Shown: piece after piece, positions 29,173 through 38,681 of the stretch
Position numbering within the stretch: position 1 is the stretch's first letter
Layout: each line of letters opens with the position of its first letter
Assembly (NCBI GenBank): GCA_041746255.1
Contig: JBGTHM010000035.1
Location: forward strand, 1 to 51,015
Source of the DNA: Fibrobacteria bacterium
GTDB lineage: Bacteria > Fibrobacterota > Fibrobacteria > UBA11236
Reading direction: 5' to 3'
DNA: 51,015 nt
Position numbers and translations under genes: made by a program
Notes under the pieces: model-generated
What the model saw: the letters and a program-made list of their open reading frames with translations, nothing else
Told to the model about the DNA's origin: nothing
Database searches by the model: none

Positions 29173-30345
29173 ATGCCCGAAACTCCTAAAATGAACGACC
29201 CTTTGCAGGAAGAACCCGATTACAGCCGTTCCTTGAGCGATTGGATGCTTGAGCGGGGTAAATCCCTCATTTCCAATCCGGAAACGCGGCATGACGGGTT
29301 GAGCCGATTCGCGTCAATTTCCAGCGCCCTCCCGCCCAAGTACTCGCCACACCCCATCCTGGAAAGATTTGTCCATTTTCACGATCGCAGCCTGCCAATT
29401 CGCATGGCTTCGCCGATTATGTTGGCGGCCGGCGCAAACAAGTACGGAATCAACCTGCCTGCCTTCGCCTCCCTCGGCTTCGGTGCGGTCACCGTTGGTT
29501 CCGCCACCCGCGAGGCCCGTCTCGGCAACCCCGCCCGACCTCGTATCGGCATGCTGCCACTCGACCGCGCCATGAGTAATTCCATGGGGTTGCCCAATCC
29601 GGGCATAGACGCTTTGGCGGCCCAAGTCGACAGTGTTTTAGGTCAATGCCATAAGCGGCGCATGAGCGTGGGAATCAGCGTCGCCGACTCACCTGAATTG
29701 GAAGATGGAGATGAAAAGATCCGGGACTTGGTAGCCACCTTTCGGAAAGCCTACCGTGCCGCCGATTACATCGAATTGAACGTAAGCTGTCCCAATACCG
29801 GCTCCGACCGGTTGGATACCTATTCGGATTTTCTCGCCGAATTGTTGGACGAAATCATGGAAATCCGAAAGTCCCTTGCCCCACGCAAGGCCGTGCTGGT
29901 CAAACTCTCCCCCGATCTAGGCAGCAAGGCGCTTGAAGGCATATTGCGCACGGTTTCCGATGCCGGCATTACCGGCCTGGTCCTTTTCAACACCTTTCCA
30001 GCTACGCGGGCGAAGTACCTTAATTTGAAAACGCCGGAAGCCGACATCCCCATTTTAAGGGCGGACGGCTCCAAAGGGGGATTATCGGGACGGCCCTTGT
30101 ACCAAAACACCTTACCTGCCGTGCGTTTCATCCATAAGGAACTTCCCCACCTCACCTTAATCGCCAGCGGCGGCGTCGATTCCGGGCAGAAAGCCCTGGA
30201 CCTCCTCGAAGCCGGGGCCGATGCCGTGCAATGTTACACCGTGTTGGCCTATCGATGGCAAGCCGTGCGCAAGATGAATAAGGAATTGGTGCAGGCCATG
30301 GCCACCCGAGGCCTCACCACCCTGGAAAAAGATCCCCTTCCCTGA
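29173..30345 (+). CDS. pyrD: Dihydroorotate dehydrogenase
   Basis: LAAGANK, GNPARPR, NSMGLPNPG, ELNVSCPN, VKLSPD, GGLSG and IASGGV. Confidence 0.85.
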   Translation: MPETPKMNDPLQEEPDYSRSLSDWMLERGKSLISNPETRHDGLSRFASISSALPPKYSPHPILERFVHFHDRSLPIRMASPIMLAAGANKYGINLPAFASLGFGAVTVGSATREARLGNPARPRIGMLPLDRAMSNSMGLPNPGIDALAAQVDSVLGQCHKRRMSVGISVADSPELEDGDEKIRDLVATFRKAYRAADYIELNVSCPNTGSDRLDTYSDFLAELLDEIMEIRKSLAPRKAVLVKLSPDLGSKALEGILRTVSDAGITGLVLFNTFPATRAKYLNLKTPEADIPILRADGSKGGLSGRPLYQNTLPAVRFIHKELPHLTLIASGGVDSGQKALDLLEAGADAVQCYTVLAYRWQAVRKMNKELVQAMATRGLTTLEKDPLP

Positions 30346-30372
30346 CATCTCCGATTTTGTAAACTGGGTGAT

Positions 30373-30945
30373 ATGCCGCTGCGCCTTATCGTCTTATTCT
30401 GCTTGTCCTTTGCTCTATTATCGGTTCAAGCCCAACCGGAATGGCTGAATTCCCCCACCGAAACCAACCTGGAGCCGAAAAAGCCTCCGGCTCCCCCCAC
30501 CTTATCTCTCGGCTTCGACTGGCCGAACGAATTGCGGGCGCAGGGGGCGCTTTTTTGGGCTCCGGCATGGCAGGCTTCCCTTCATGCCACCTTGGAAAAG
30601 CGGAAGGGAGTGGATGGCCTTAACGCCATTTCAGGGATAGGACTGCATATTCTGAGGATATGGTTCGACGAGAGCAACGAACATCCTCTGGAAAACAGCG
30701 AATTCCTGTTCGCCGCCTTCAATCTGCATCACAATTATCAGGAGTCACTGGGGCATCTGCGCCCCCAGTTGGGTCTGGGCCTGGGAAAATATTGGAAACC
30801 CTTCGACAACATTCCCCTGGGACTCGATCTCCAGGTCGAATTGTCGCGGGTCTTTTTCGGAGTGCTGCGGCCCGAAGCAGATAGTTACGAAGTGCAAAAG
30901 ACCCGCTTGCGTTTCGGAGCCTTGCTCTTCCACCCGTTCGATTAA
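30373..30945 (+). CDS. Hypothetical exported protein (beta-strand rich)
   Basis: Signal peptide ending VQA; alternating hydrophobic strands. Confidence 0.55.
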   Translation: MPLRLIVLFCLSFALLSVQAQPEWLNSPTETNLEPKKPPAPPTLSLGFDWPNELRAQGALFWAPAWQASLHATLEKRKGVDGLNAISGIGLHILRIWFDESNEHPLENSEFLFAAFNLHHNYQESLGHLRPQLGLGLGKYWKPFDNIPLGLDLQVELSRVFFGVLRPEADSYEVQKTRLRFGALLFHPFD

Positions 30946-30949
30946 AAAG

Positions 30950-32281
30950 CTAGTGCCCTCGGGCCAACGCGGCTTTATGGACTCGATCCACTCCCACCAC
31001 GAATGCGGCTTCGCGCAAACTGAGATTGTGCTGCTGTGCAAGCCGTGACACTTCCGCAAAAGCCTCGGACAAATGCCGGTCCAGCTCCATATGATGCTCG
31101 GTTTTCTCCCATTGATGCACTTGGATGTTCTGGGCCCATTCGAAATAGGAGGCGATGACGCCGCCCGCATTGCAAAGAATGTCCGGGACCACGACCACGC
31201 CCCTGTCTCCCAGAAATTCGTCGGCTTCGGGAGTGACCGGACCGTTGGCGCCTTCCAGCACGTATCGAGTCTTAATTTGGGCCATATTGCCCCCATGGAT
31301 CACATTTCCCAATGCGGCCGGAACCAGGATATCGCAGGCCTGGTTGAGGATTTCCGTCGTATCCTGCGAGGAGGATTTTTCCGCTTCGGGAAATCCGGCT
31401 ACGCCTCCGGTATTTTGAGCGTAGAGCATGAGCTTGGGAATGTCCAGCCCGGACTTTTCATATAACGCCCCCGAGGCGTCGGCCACAGCCACCACGCGCG
31501 CGCCCATATTACTCATGTGCAGCGCGGCATAACTCCCGACATTTCCGAATCCTTGTACGACTACGGTTTTGTCGCGGATATCCTCGCCCTTCTCTTCCAA
31601 AACCCGTCGCGCCACCATGGCAACCCCCAATCCGGTGGCATCAAGGCGACCGGGCGTTCCGCCCAAGGGAATCGGTTTTCCGGTAACGATGGCCGGGGTA
31701 TAGCCGTGCAGGAGTCCGTATGCATCCATCATCCAGCCCATAATCTGGGGATTGGTGCCCATATCGGGAGCCATGATATCTTTATAAGGTCCGACCATTT
31801 TCTTCAAGCTATGCATGAATCGGCGCGTGAGGGTTTGCAACTCCCGCATCGAGAGCGTATGGGGATCCACCGCGATTCCCCCCTTGGCCCCACCGAAGGG
31901 AATATCCACCAGCGAGCATTTCCAGGTCATCAAGGAAGCCAGCGCCCGCACCTCGTCCATATCCACCTGGGGATGGTAGCGCACGCCGCCTTTGTAAGGT
32001 CCGCGCACGCCATTATGCTGAACCCGGTAGCCTTCGAACAAGCGCAGCTCGCCCTTATCGTCCAGCATAGGGAGAGCCACTTTCACTTCACGCCAGGGCG
32101 TGGTTAAAAGCTTCCGGTAGTTTTCCTTGATTTCCAGGATATCGGCGGCTTTGTGCACCCGTGCATTCACCGCAGCAAAAGGATTCAGCTTGGGATTGGC
32201 ATGGGCATCGTGGGCATCATGGGTGGGCGCCGGATTCGGAGCGTTCGGAAACGGGTTTACTATGGGTTTGGATGGGATCAT
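30950..32281 (-). CDS. gdhA: Glu/Leu/Phe/Val dehydrogenase (glutamate dehydrogenase)
   Basis: GPYKGGVRYHP, MTWKC, PFGGAKGG, APDMGT, VTGKP, VQGFGNVG, EGANGP and NAGGV. Confidence 0.93.
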   Translation of the reverse strand: MIPSKPIVNPFPNAPNPAPTHDAHDAHANPKLNPFAAVNARVHKAADILEIKENYRKLLTTPWREVKVALPMLDDKGELRLFEGYRVQHNGVRGPYKGGVRYHPQVDMDEVRALASLMTWKCSLVDIPFGGAKGGIAVDPHTLSMRELQTLTRRFMHSLKKMVGPYKDIMAPDMGTNPQIMGWMMDAYGLLHGYTPAIVTGKPIPLGGTPGRLDATGLGVAMVARRVLEEKGEDIRDKTVVVQGFGNVGSYAALHMSNMGARVVAVADASGALYEKSGLDIPKLMLYAQNTGGVAGFPEAEKSSSQDTTEILNQACDILVPAALGNVIHGGNMAQIKTRYVLEGANGPVTPEADEFLGDRGVVVVPDILCNAGGVIASYFEWAQNIQVHQWEKTEHHMELDRHLSEAFAEVSRLAQQHNLSLREAAFVVGVDRVHKAALARGH

Positions 32282-32388
32282 GAAGTGACCTGCCTTTTGC
32301 TTGCTTCCATTATACCAAGTGGACGGCCCTGAAGCGCAATAGAGCTTTTTTTCGCAATAGACATGAGAAAAAAGCGGAAGTTATGGAT

Positions 32389-33231
32389 TCAGCGTTGACC
32401 TGGAAAAGCAGCGGGAACGAAACGGCGCGAAAGGGGATCGAGTTCGGCATAGGATTGCATCCAAAAGATCGCAGCCTTATCTCCTTGCATTCCGGCAGCC
32501 AAAAGCATAGCCTCCAGTACAGAAACCGGGTGCGCGGCCAAGAGTTTTTCCACATCGGGCCAACCCGGAGCCGAGCGCGCTATGATGCGGCGCGCGGCTT
32601 GCCGGTTCGCGAGCGATGCATCCGAAAGCGCAAAGAACAGCCGCCGCCAGTCGGAAACCCTGTCCTGTTCGCCCAAGGCCCAGAGTCTTTGGTGGAGTTC
32701 CGGTCCGGAGGTTTTTTCGATGCCCTTCAGAAGCAGGGGAATGTGGCTTTGGTTAGGATAGGCGCCCAGGCTGCGCACGGCATTGCGGCGCACCTCTTCG
32801 TTGTTAGAATCCAGGTACTCGCGCGCCACCGAGGCGAACGCGGTATCTCCCAAACGGGATCCGATATACAGCAATTGCGATTTGACGCTGTCGGGAACTT
32901 CCGGTAATCCCTTCCGTAAAAACTCGCGAGGCGCCACGTTTTTCCCGGAATCGGAAATCGCCGCGAAGAGTTCCCGGACATAATGGCTTTGACGCGCGGT
33001 TTGGTTGACCAGCCTATAGTTCAACAAATAAGCGAGGGTGGAAGTATCGGATTCGATAAGCGCGTGGCGGCAGGAATCCCGCAGGATAGAAAATCGTGGT
33101 TCCCCAGTGGCTGCGACGATGAACAGCGAGTCAAAGCGGGTAAAAGCAGGCATTCCTTGAGCCGGGGCCGACGAGAAGACTATCCCGATAAGCAGCAGGG
33201 AAGGAAGGATGCGAAGAGCAGTCAGTCTCAT
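32389..33231 (-). CDS. Exported HEAT-like repeat protein
   Basis: Likely start MRLTAL with signal peptide; LDSNNEEVRRNAVRSLG and LSDASLANRQAARR HEAT-like units. Confidence 0.65.
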   Translation of the reverse strand: MRLTALRILPSLLLIGIVFSSAPAQGMPAFTRFDSLFIVAATGEPRFSILRDSCRHALIESDTSTLAYLLNYRLVNQTARQSHYVRELFAAISDSGKNVAPREFLRKGLPEVPDSVKSQLLYIGSRLGDTAFASVAREYLDSNNEEVRRNAVRSLGAYPNQSHIPLLLKGIEKTSGPELHQRLWALGEQDRVSDWRRLFFALSDASLANRQAARRIIARSAPGWPDVEKLLAAHPVSVLEAMLLAAGMQGDKAAIFWMQSYAELDPLSRRFVPAAFPGQR

Positions 33232-33244
33232 AAAGGTCGCTTTG

Positions 33245-35104
33245 TCAGTGGGATGGGGAACCGGCGGGTTGGCCCCGGCCACGTCTGTCCAGCCCTAACC
33301 CGTTTCCCTTGCTTTTACCGTCGAAGGCGCGCCAGCCCCTTCCATTGGCAAAACCACCTGAATAGTGATCGTCGCCATGGCCGTCGAAGAAAAACCCGAA
33401 GCTGCCCCGATCGCGTCGTTGGTCGGCATGACCCAGGGTCATCGACGGATTGAGACCCAGATAAAAGTCGTTGCCGGTCCCATCGAAAAGCAGGCCGATA
33501 CCGTTGGCGCTGCCTGCTCCCAGACTCATATCGGTAGCGACATAGGTGTCGCTTCCTTCTCCGTCATATAAAAGGCCCAAGGCCAAATCGTGGCCGCAAC
33601 CCTGGCTCACTCCTTTGGAAAACCGGTGGTCATCACCTCTCTCGTCCCAGGAAATACCCACCGCCATATGCACACCCGCGCCTTGGGCATATTGAAAAGC
33701 CTGATAGCGATCATTTCCGGCCTCGTCCAGCAATAAACCCAGAGAATACCAATAGGCCGATCCTTGTCCATAGATATCGCTCACATAAGTATCGTTACCC
33801 TCCTGGTCCCACAGCACCGCCACGCCACCGGAATAGTGGGGCCGGAATCCGGTGGAAAATCCCTGGGACATACTGAGATTGCGATCCCGGTAACGTAAAT
33901 CATCTAAAAAAGTAGGGCGCACGACGTATTGATCCGATCCTTTACCGTCGCGTAAAAAGCCCATGCCCCGGGTCGAGGAAGCGCCCTGGCTGAGCAGGCT
34001 CGCGCTGTAGAGATCGTTTCCGGTTTCGTCTTCCAGCATGCCCAACCCGAAAAACCCGAAACCCTGCGTTCCCAGGCGAGCGTGGTATTGGTTGTTGCCG
34101 GCCGCATTGTAGAAATGGGAATAGCCGAACAGCGAGGAACCGAAGGCGAAGTTACGCCCCAGATAAGTGTCGTCGCCCCCCATATCAAAGGCCAGCAGCA
34201 TTCCCATATGACCCGGCCCTTGCGGCAGACTGTCGTCGCTCACATAGCGATCGCGGCCCTGCATATCGATAAGGATGGCGATGTCGCCCGGTCGGGCCTC
34301 ATCGGAAAAAACATATTCATCATCGCCGCCCACGTCGATATACAATCCCCTGCGCACGACATGCTTGTCCGGGCCCGGTCCACCCAAGGTGACGGGGCCG
34401 ATAGGGGTATTTTCCAGGCCTTCGAACCATTGCGTTCCCTCGCGGCGCGTTTTTTCCACTAACCTACGCTGTAAGGCAAATGCCCTTTGTCCCGCCTTGG
34501 CCAACAAACCGAGATCGAGCCGTTGCGCGGTGGTGAAAACCCAGTGTTGCCGCTTTTCCAGATAAAGCCGCTCCAAATCCGAATCGATGGGGGAACGCGT
34601 CGTATCCACTTCATCCATCAAGAGCAGCTCGCCCGCTCTCCGCAAGAGCGAATCGCGCTCCGAGGGTTCAAGGGGTGAGAGAAAGGCCTGCATATCGCGA
34701 TGAACTTGATCGAGTTCACGCAGCAAGGCGTCCTTATCCAAATCCAGTAGCCCGGAGGTATCTCCTGACCCTTTCGAATCCGCATCCACCACCACGTCAA
34801 GCATATTCCATAATCCGGCCGGTGATGTTGCGAAGGGAAGGGTGTCACTTGCGGCGGAGGGCCGCAAGGCGCGCACTTCATCAATGATTTCCGCCGCACG
34901 TAGCGGTTGATGCAATAGATTTTGCAGGCGAGATAACCGGAAGGCATCCGGAGATTTGTCCCTTACGCGCAAATCCAAATCCGCTTGCGAGACGCCGTTG
35001 GGTTTGAGAAGATAATGGTACAAGGTGTCGAGTGGAGAAGCGGAAAACCCCGCCCAGGAGCAGAATGCGCATAAAGCGGCAATTTTGACCACGAGCGGGG
35101 ACAT
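33245..35104 (-). CDS. Exported protein with 12 tandem G/D-rich repeats (probable beta-solenoid)
   Basis: Signal peptide from MSPLVV. Repeats of hhhhDxxGxDxY followed by [QS]GxG-like segments across about 33360-34355. Confidence 0.7.
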   Translation of the reverse strand: MSPLVVKIAALCAFCSWAGFSASPLDTLYHYLLKPNGVSQADLDLRVRDKSPDAFRLSRLQNLLHQPLRAAEIIDEVRALRPSAASDTLPFATSPAGLWNMLDVVVDADSKGSGDTSGLLDLDKDALLRELDQVHRDMQAFLSPLEPSERDSLLRRAGELLLMDEVDTTRSPIDSDLERLYLEKRQHWVFTTAQRLDLGLLAKAGQRAFALQRRLVEKTRREGTQWFEGLENTPIGPVTLGGPGPDKHVVRRGLYIDVGGDDEYVFSDEARPGDIAILIDMQGRDRYVSDDSLPQGPGHMGMLLAFDMGGDDTYLGRNFAFGSSLFGYSHFYNAAGNNQYHARLGTQGFGFFGLGMLEDETGNDLYSASLLSQGASSTRGMGFLRDGKGSDQYVVRPTFLDDLRYRDRNLSMSQGFSTGFRPHYSGGVAVLWDQEGNDTYVSDIYGQGSAYWYSLGLLLDEAGNDRYQAFQYAQGAGVHMAVGISWDERGDDHRFSKGVSQGCGHDLALGLLYDGEGSDTYVATDMSLGAGSANGIGLLFDGTGNDFYLGLNPSMTLGHADQRRDRGSFGFFFDGHGDDHYSGGFANGRGWRAFDGKSKGNGLGLDRRGRGQPAGSPSH

Positions 35105-35157
35105 AACGCCAAGGTACCAAATTTCCACGGCCTTTCCTTTTTCCTATTTTGCCAGAC

Positions 35158-35970
35158 ATGCGTATCGGTGTATTCGACTCCGGGTTCGGTGGACTGACGA
35201 TTTTCCAGGCATTGGCGGCCAGGCTTCCGGATTACGATTACCTCTACCTGGGCGACAACGCGCGCACCCCCTATGGCAACCGTTCCTTCGAGACCATCTA
35301 CCGCTTTACTCGCGAAGGCGTGGACTTTCTCTTCTCGCGCGGGTGCAAGCTGATAATCATCGCTTGCAATACCGCATCGGCCAAAGCCTTGCGCGCCATT
35401 CAGCAAAACGTGCTTCCGACTCAGTATCCCGGAAGGAACGTACTCGGTATCATCCGCCCTTCGGTGGAAGAGTTGGCCAAGCAATCCAAAACCCGGGTGG
35501 TTGCTTTATGGGGCACCGAAGGCACCGTCAAATCCGACAGTTTCGCGTTGGAACTGGCGAAGTCGGCGCCGCAAATCCGGCTTTTCCAACGGGCTTGTCC
35601 CATGCTGGTTCCCCTGGTGGAAGCCGGGGAGCTCGCGGGAGGGGGAACCGACTTTTTTATCAATCGATACTGGAGTGAAACCCATGCTCTCCATCCCGGC
35701 ATCGATACGCTGCTTCTGGCCTGCACCCATTACCCCCTGCTTTATGCGCGCATACGCGCGCTCGTTCCTCCCGAAGTGAACATTCTCATACAGGGAAATT
35801 TCGTGGCTCCCAGTCTCGCGGATTATTTGACGCGCCACCCCGAAATCGACTCGGATTTGACCCGCGACGGATCCCGCGCCTTCTTCACCACCGATAGAAC
35901 CGAAGGCTTCGATAAATTGGCCGAGGCGTTTCTCGGCCATAGCGTGATATCCGAAAAAATCACGCTGTAG
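35158..35970 (+). CDS. murI: Glutamate racemase
   Basis: IGVFDSGFGGLT, PYG, IIACNTAS and LACTHYP. Confidence 0.96.
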   Translation: MRIGVFDSGFGGLTIFQALAARLPDYDYLYLGDNARTPYGNRSFETIYRFTREGVDFLFSRGCKLIIIACNTASAKALRAIQQNVLPTQYPGRNVLGIIRPSVEELAKQSKTRVVALWGTEGTVKSDSFALELAKSAPQIRLFQRACPMLVPLVEAGELAGGGTDFFINRYWSETHALHPGIDTLLLACTHYPLLYARIRALVPPEVNILIQGNFVAPSLADYLTRHPEIDSDLTRDGSRAFFTTDRTEGFDKLAEAFLGHSVISEKITL

Positions 35971-36014
35971 CATGGGAATAAAGGTCGAAAACCTTGGGTC
36001 AGGAGCCCTTTTAC

Positions 36015-36043
36015 TTGACTTCATCCTGAGGGTTCCCTATATT
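36015..36043 (+). promoter_or_regulatory. Sigma70-like promoter
   Basis: TTGACT-N17-TATATT about 190 nt upstream of the 36230 ATG. Confidence 0.55.
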
Positions 36044-36229
36044 GGATAATCAGTGAAAACTTCGCAAATAAGATTCATCTGGCGCAAATCGATGCCCATA
36101 CGGTGCTCAATGAGTTCCCCTTCCTCCGCTATCCCCTGAAAACATCCACAGTCAGCTGTGGCTCGCAGAATTTTCGAATTTTCCCATATGGCGTATCCGG
36201 TACGATGATTAAAACAAAGAGGGTCGAAC

Positions 36230-36895
36230 ATGTTCAACACTGAAAATTGGCAGGATTATCGTGGAAAAGGCGAAGGCGTGCTGATCCACCTGGATTCCAC
36301 CAAGCTTCACGAGCTGCCTGTCCGGGATCCTCTCGACGCCGAGGGCAATCCGGTGCTCGAGCCCAATTATGAAACCAAAACTTACGGATTCATGCAATGC
36401 GTGAACGCCAAGACTCTGCTGTCCACGTTTCGGAACCGGCGACGTTACCTGCTTTTCGGTACCCGTTATCAAGGCAAGTTGGAAGCCTACCTCGGTCGCT
36501 TCCTCGTCATCGGCTATATGCGTCTGGACAAATCGCTGGAAGTGCGCAAGCGATATTCTCATCGATGGGTCGAGCAGCCGGCGGGTTCCAAAAGCCCCGA
36601 ATGGCTCGAAATGGAACAGTGCTACGCTTTTTACAGCGAGGACATGAATTTTTACGCGCCGGAAGACGCGTATGAATTAAGCGAAGCGATCATGAAGGAC
36701 TGGGGGTACAAAGGTAAGATTACCAAACAGATGAAGCTGACTTTTCCGGAGGATCGGCTTCAGCAAATTCTTGCGCACTTCCATGGCAAAGTTTCCTGCA
36801 ATGAGAAATACTTGGAGGCATTGAAGGAAGTGGCAGCGGACCTCGAAGCCAACCGGGCCAAGGAGCAGCAGGTCCAGAATCAGCCCGAGTGGTAG
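36230..36895 (+). CDS. Conserved-looking hypothetical cytoplasmic protein
   Basis: RBS AGAGGG; LPVRDP...EPNYETKTYGFMQC...YLLFGTRY...VIGYM. Confidence 0.75.
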   Translation: MFNTENWQDYRGKGEGVLIHLDSTKLHELPVRDPLDAEGNPVLEPNYETKTYGFMQCVNAKTLLSTFRNRRRYLLFGTRYQGKLEAYLGRFLVIGYMRLDKSLEVRKRYSHRWVEQPAGSKSPEWLEMEQCYAFYSEDMNFYAPEDAYELSEAIMKDWGYKGKITKQMKLTFPEDRLQQILAHFHGKVSCNEKYLEALKEVAADLEANRAKEQQVQNQPEW

Positions 36896-36901
36896 TTCGA
36901 A

Positions 36902-37282
36902 CTATTGCTTGCCGTGCTTCTGCAGCAGGGCGCCTACCCGCGCGAGCAGCTCCTCTTTTCCGAAGGGCTTGGTGATGTAGTCTTCCGCCTTCATCACGTG
37001 CAGGCCCACCATCAAATCCACGGACTTGTTGTTGCTCGTTAGAAAAGCGATGGGGGTTTTCGCCAGCGCCGGCTGTTCCCGTAACTCGCGAAATACGTCG
37101 AAGCCGTCTACATTGGGCATGACTACGTCCAACAGGATGAGATCAGGATCCAATTCCAATGCGGTCGAGACCGCCGAGTCCGGATCCGTCACCACCGTCA
37201 CCTCGTGGTTTCCAATGCCCAGCACCAGCTTAACCAACTCGGCCATATCTTTTTCGTCGTCGATGACAAGCACCTTAGCCAT
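36902..37282 (-). CDS. Single-domain response regulator (receiver)
   Basis: VLVIDDE, DLILLDVVMP (phosphoacceptor Asp), FLTS and YITKPF. Confidence 0.93.
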   Translation of the reverse strand: MAKVLVIDDEKDMAELVKLVLGIGNHEVTVVTDPDSAVSTALELDPDLILLDVVMPNVDGFDVFRELREQPALAKTPIAFLTSNNKSVDLMVGLHVMKAEDYITKPFGKEELLARVGALLQKHGKQ

Positions 37283-37285
37283 GCT

Positions 37286-37594
37286 TCAGCCCTTTCTCAA
37301 TTCGCGGGGGAGCCATTCCCAATAGAACATAGTCACCGCGAAGCCCGCCGCCAAAGCGGTAAAATTCAGAATCAGGGCGGTAGCGCCCAGATAAGGCGAA
37401 AAATCCAATTCCATTCCCGCCAAGTTCAAGACCAGCGACACCGCCAATAGGGCGCACGAGAGGTAATAGACGCGATAAACGGGTTTTTTCTTTTGGGCCA
37501 TGCCGAAAATCCGGCTCAGGGATCCCAGCACGATAAACGCGGTTATGAAAGTCATATGCCAGATAACCAAGGTGACGACGGTAATGGATATCAT
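37286..37594 (-). CDS. Small membrane protein (about 3 TM)
   Basis: 102 aa, hydrophobic, with a basic loop (AQKKKPVYR) and C-terminal YWEWL; 3-bp gap to the next gene. Confidence 0.75.
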   Translation of the reverse strand: MISITVVTLVIWHMTFITAFIVLGSLSRIFGMAQKKKPVYRVYYLSCALLAVSLVLNLAGMELDFSPYLGATALILNFTALAAGFAVTMFYWEWLPRELRKG

Positions 37595-37603
37595 CGCTTC
37601 ACC

Positions 37604-37891
37604 CTACCCTATGCTCATCATGGTCCGGTAAAGATGGAAGGAGAGGACTGAAAAGGCGATGCCCCCTATGCAAATCAAAGCCGCGGAAAAATGGAAGGGG
37701 ATACCCGGAACCAGACCGCTTTGCAAAACCAGGCCGGCCACCAGCAAGGCCAGACTGGCGGTCATGATGCGGTTGTCGGGTCCTTTCTTGAACTTCATGC
37801 GGTAGAATTTGGCGATAAGGGACAAATACCGGCCCACTCCCGCGAAGAGCAGAGCCAGGGCAATCATTCCGGCTGATTCGAAAAAAGCCAT
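37604..37891 (-). CDS. Small membrane protein (about 3 TM)
   Basis: 95 aa, hydrophobic, with a basic loop (MKFKKGPDNR); RBS AGGGAG; 9-bp gap to the next gene. Confidence 0.75.
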   Translation of the reverse strand: MAFFESAGMIALALLFAGVGRYLSLIAKFYRMKFKKGPDNRIMTASLALLVAGLVLQSGLVPGIPFHFSAALICIGGIAFSVLSFHLYRTMMSIG

Positions 37892-37898
37892 CTCCCTA

Positions 37899-38681
37899 TC
37901 ACTTCCCTTTTTTCAAGGATGCCGGCGCGAAAACCTCGAGGAAGGTGTCGGCATCGGTTTTGACCGGCGAGCCGCTCATCACGCCTTGGCGGCCGACGAA
38001 TTTCTCCATGATTTCGATTCCGTTGGAGGTGATGTTGAACTGGCGGATATCTTTGGCATGTTGGCTACCCCTCATCTTGAGAACCAGAATTGCCTTGGAG
38101 ATGGAGCTGTCGATTTCGACATAGCGCAATATGAAAAAGTTGTCGGCGATGAATGGAGCCTGCGAAAGGCTGGAGGTGTCGCCCAGCAGGTTGTTGTTCT
38201 CACGCAGAAAAAGAGCCGTGATGTCCTCGCGCTTCAGGCTGTTGATGAAAGTGTATTCCATCTCGCGAAGCTGGTCCTCTTCTTCGGCGGCGTATTCGAA
38301 ATGCGTCAGCGAATCGACCAGGCAGCGTTTGATGCCCATTTCGTCGATGAGGGTTTCCAAGGTTCCGCCCAATTCTTCCATTTCACGCAAAACCCCTTCG
38401 GGTTCGGAAAAAATGATTTTCAACATGCCCTCTTCTTCATACTTGCGGAGATCCCATCCGAAGTTGAGGGCGTCGTGGTAATACTGGCTGGGAAATTCCT
38501 CGAAAGTGATGATGAGGCCGGGCTCTTGAAATCGCTCGATGCCGTTCACGATAAACTGGATTCCCAGCGTGGTCTTACCGGTGCCGGGAGCACCTTCGAT
38601 TACGGTGGCGCTTCCGCGCACGACGCCTCCGTCTATCATCTTGTCCAGTGCAGTTATGCCAAATGGGCTTCTTTCCAGCAT
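37899..38681 (-). CDS. Single-domain KaiC/RAD55-family ATPase
   Basis: FGITALDKMIDGG, Walker A GAPGTGKT, ITFEE, Walker B LVDSLT, IAD and LKMRGSQH...FNITSNGI. Confidence 0.9.
   Translation of the reverse strand: MLERSPFGITALDKMIDGGVVRGSATVIEGAPGTGKTTLGIQFIVNGIERFQEPGLIITFEEFPSQYYHDALNFGWDLRKYEEEGMLKIIFSEPEGVLREMEELGGTLETLIDEMGIKRCLVDSLTHFEYAAEEEDQLREMEYTFINSLKREDITALFLRENNNLLGDTSSLSQAPFIADNFFILRYVEIDSSISKAILVLKMRGSQHAKDIRQFNITSNGIEIMEKFVGRQGVMSGSPVKTDADTFLEVFAPASLKKGK

Noticed and set aside
37899..38681. Circadian clock kaiC
   Set aside because: Single domain, no canonical Ser/Thr phosphosites at the equivalent position, and no kaiA/kaiB in the window.
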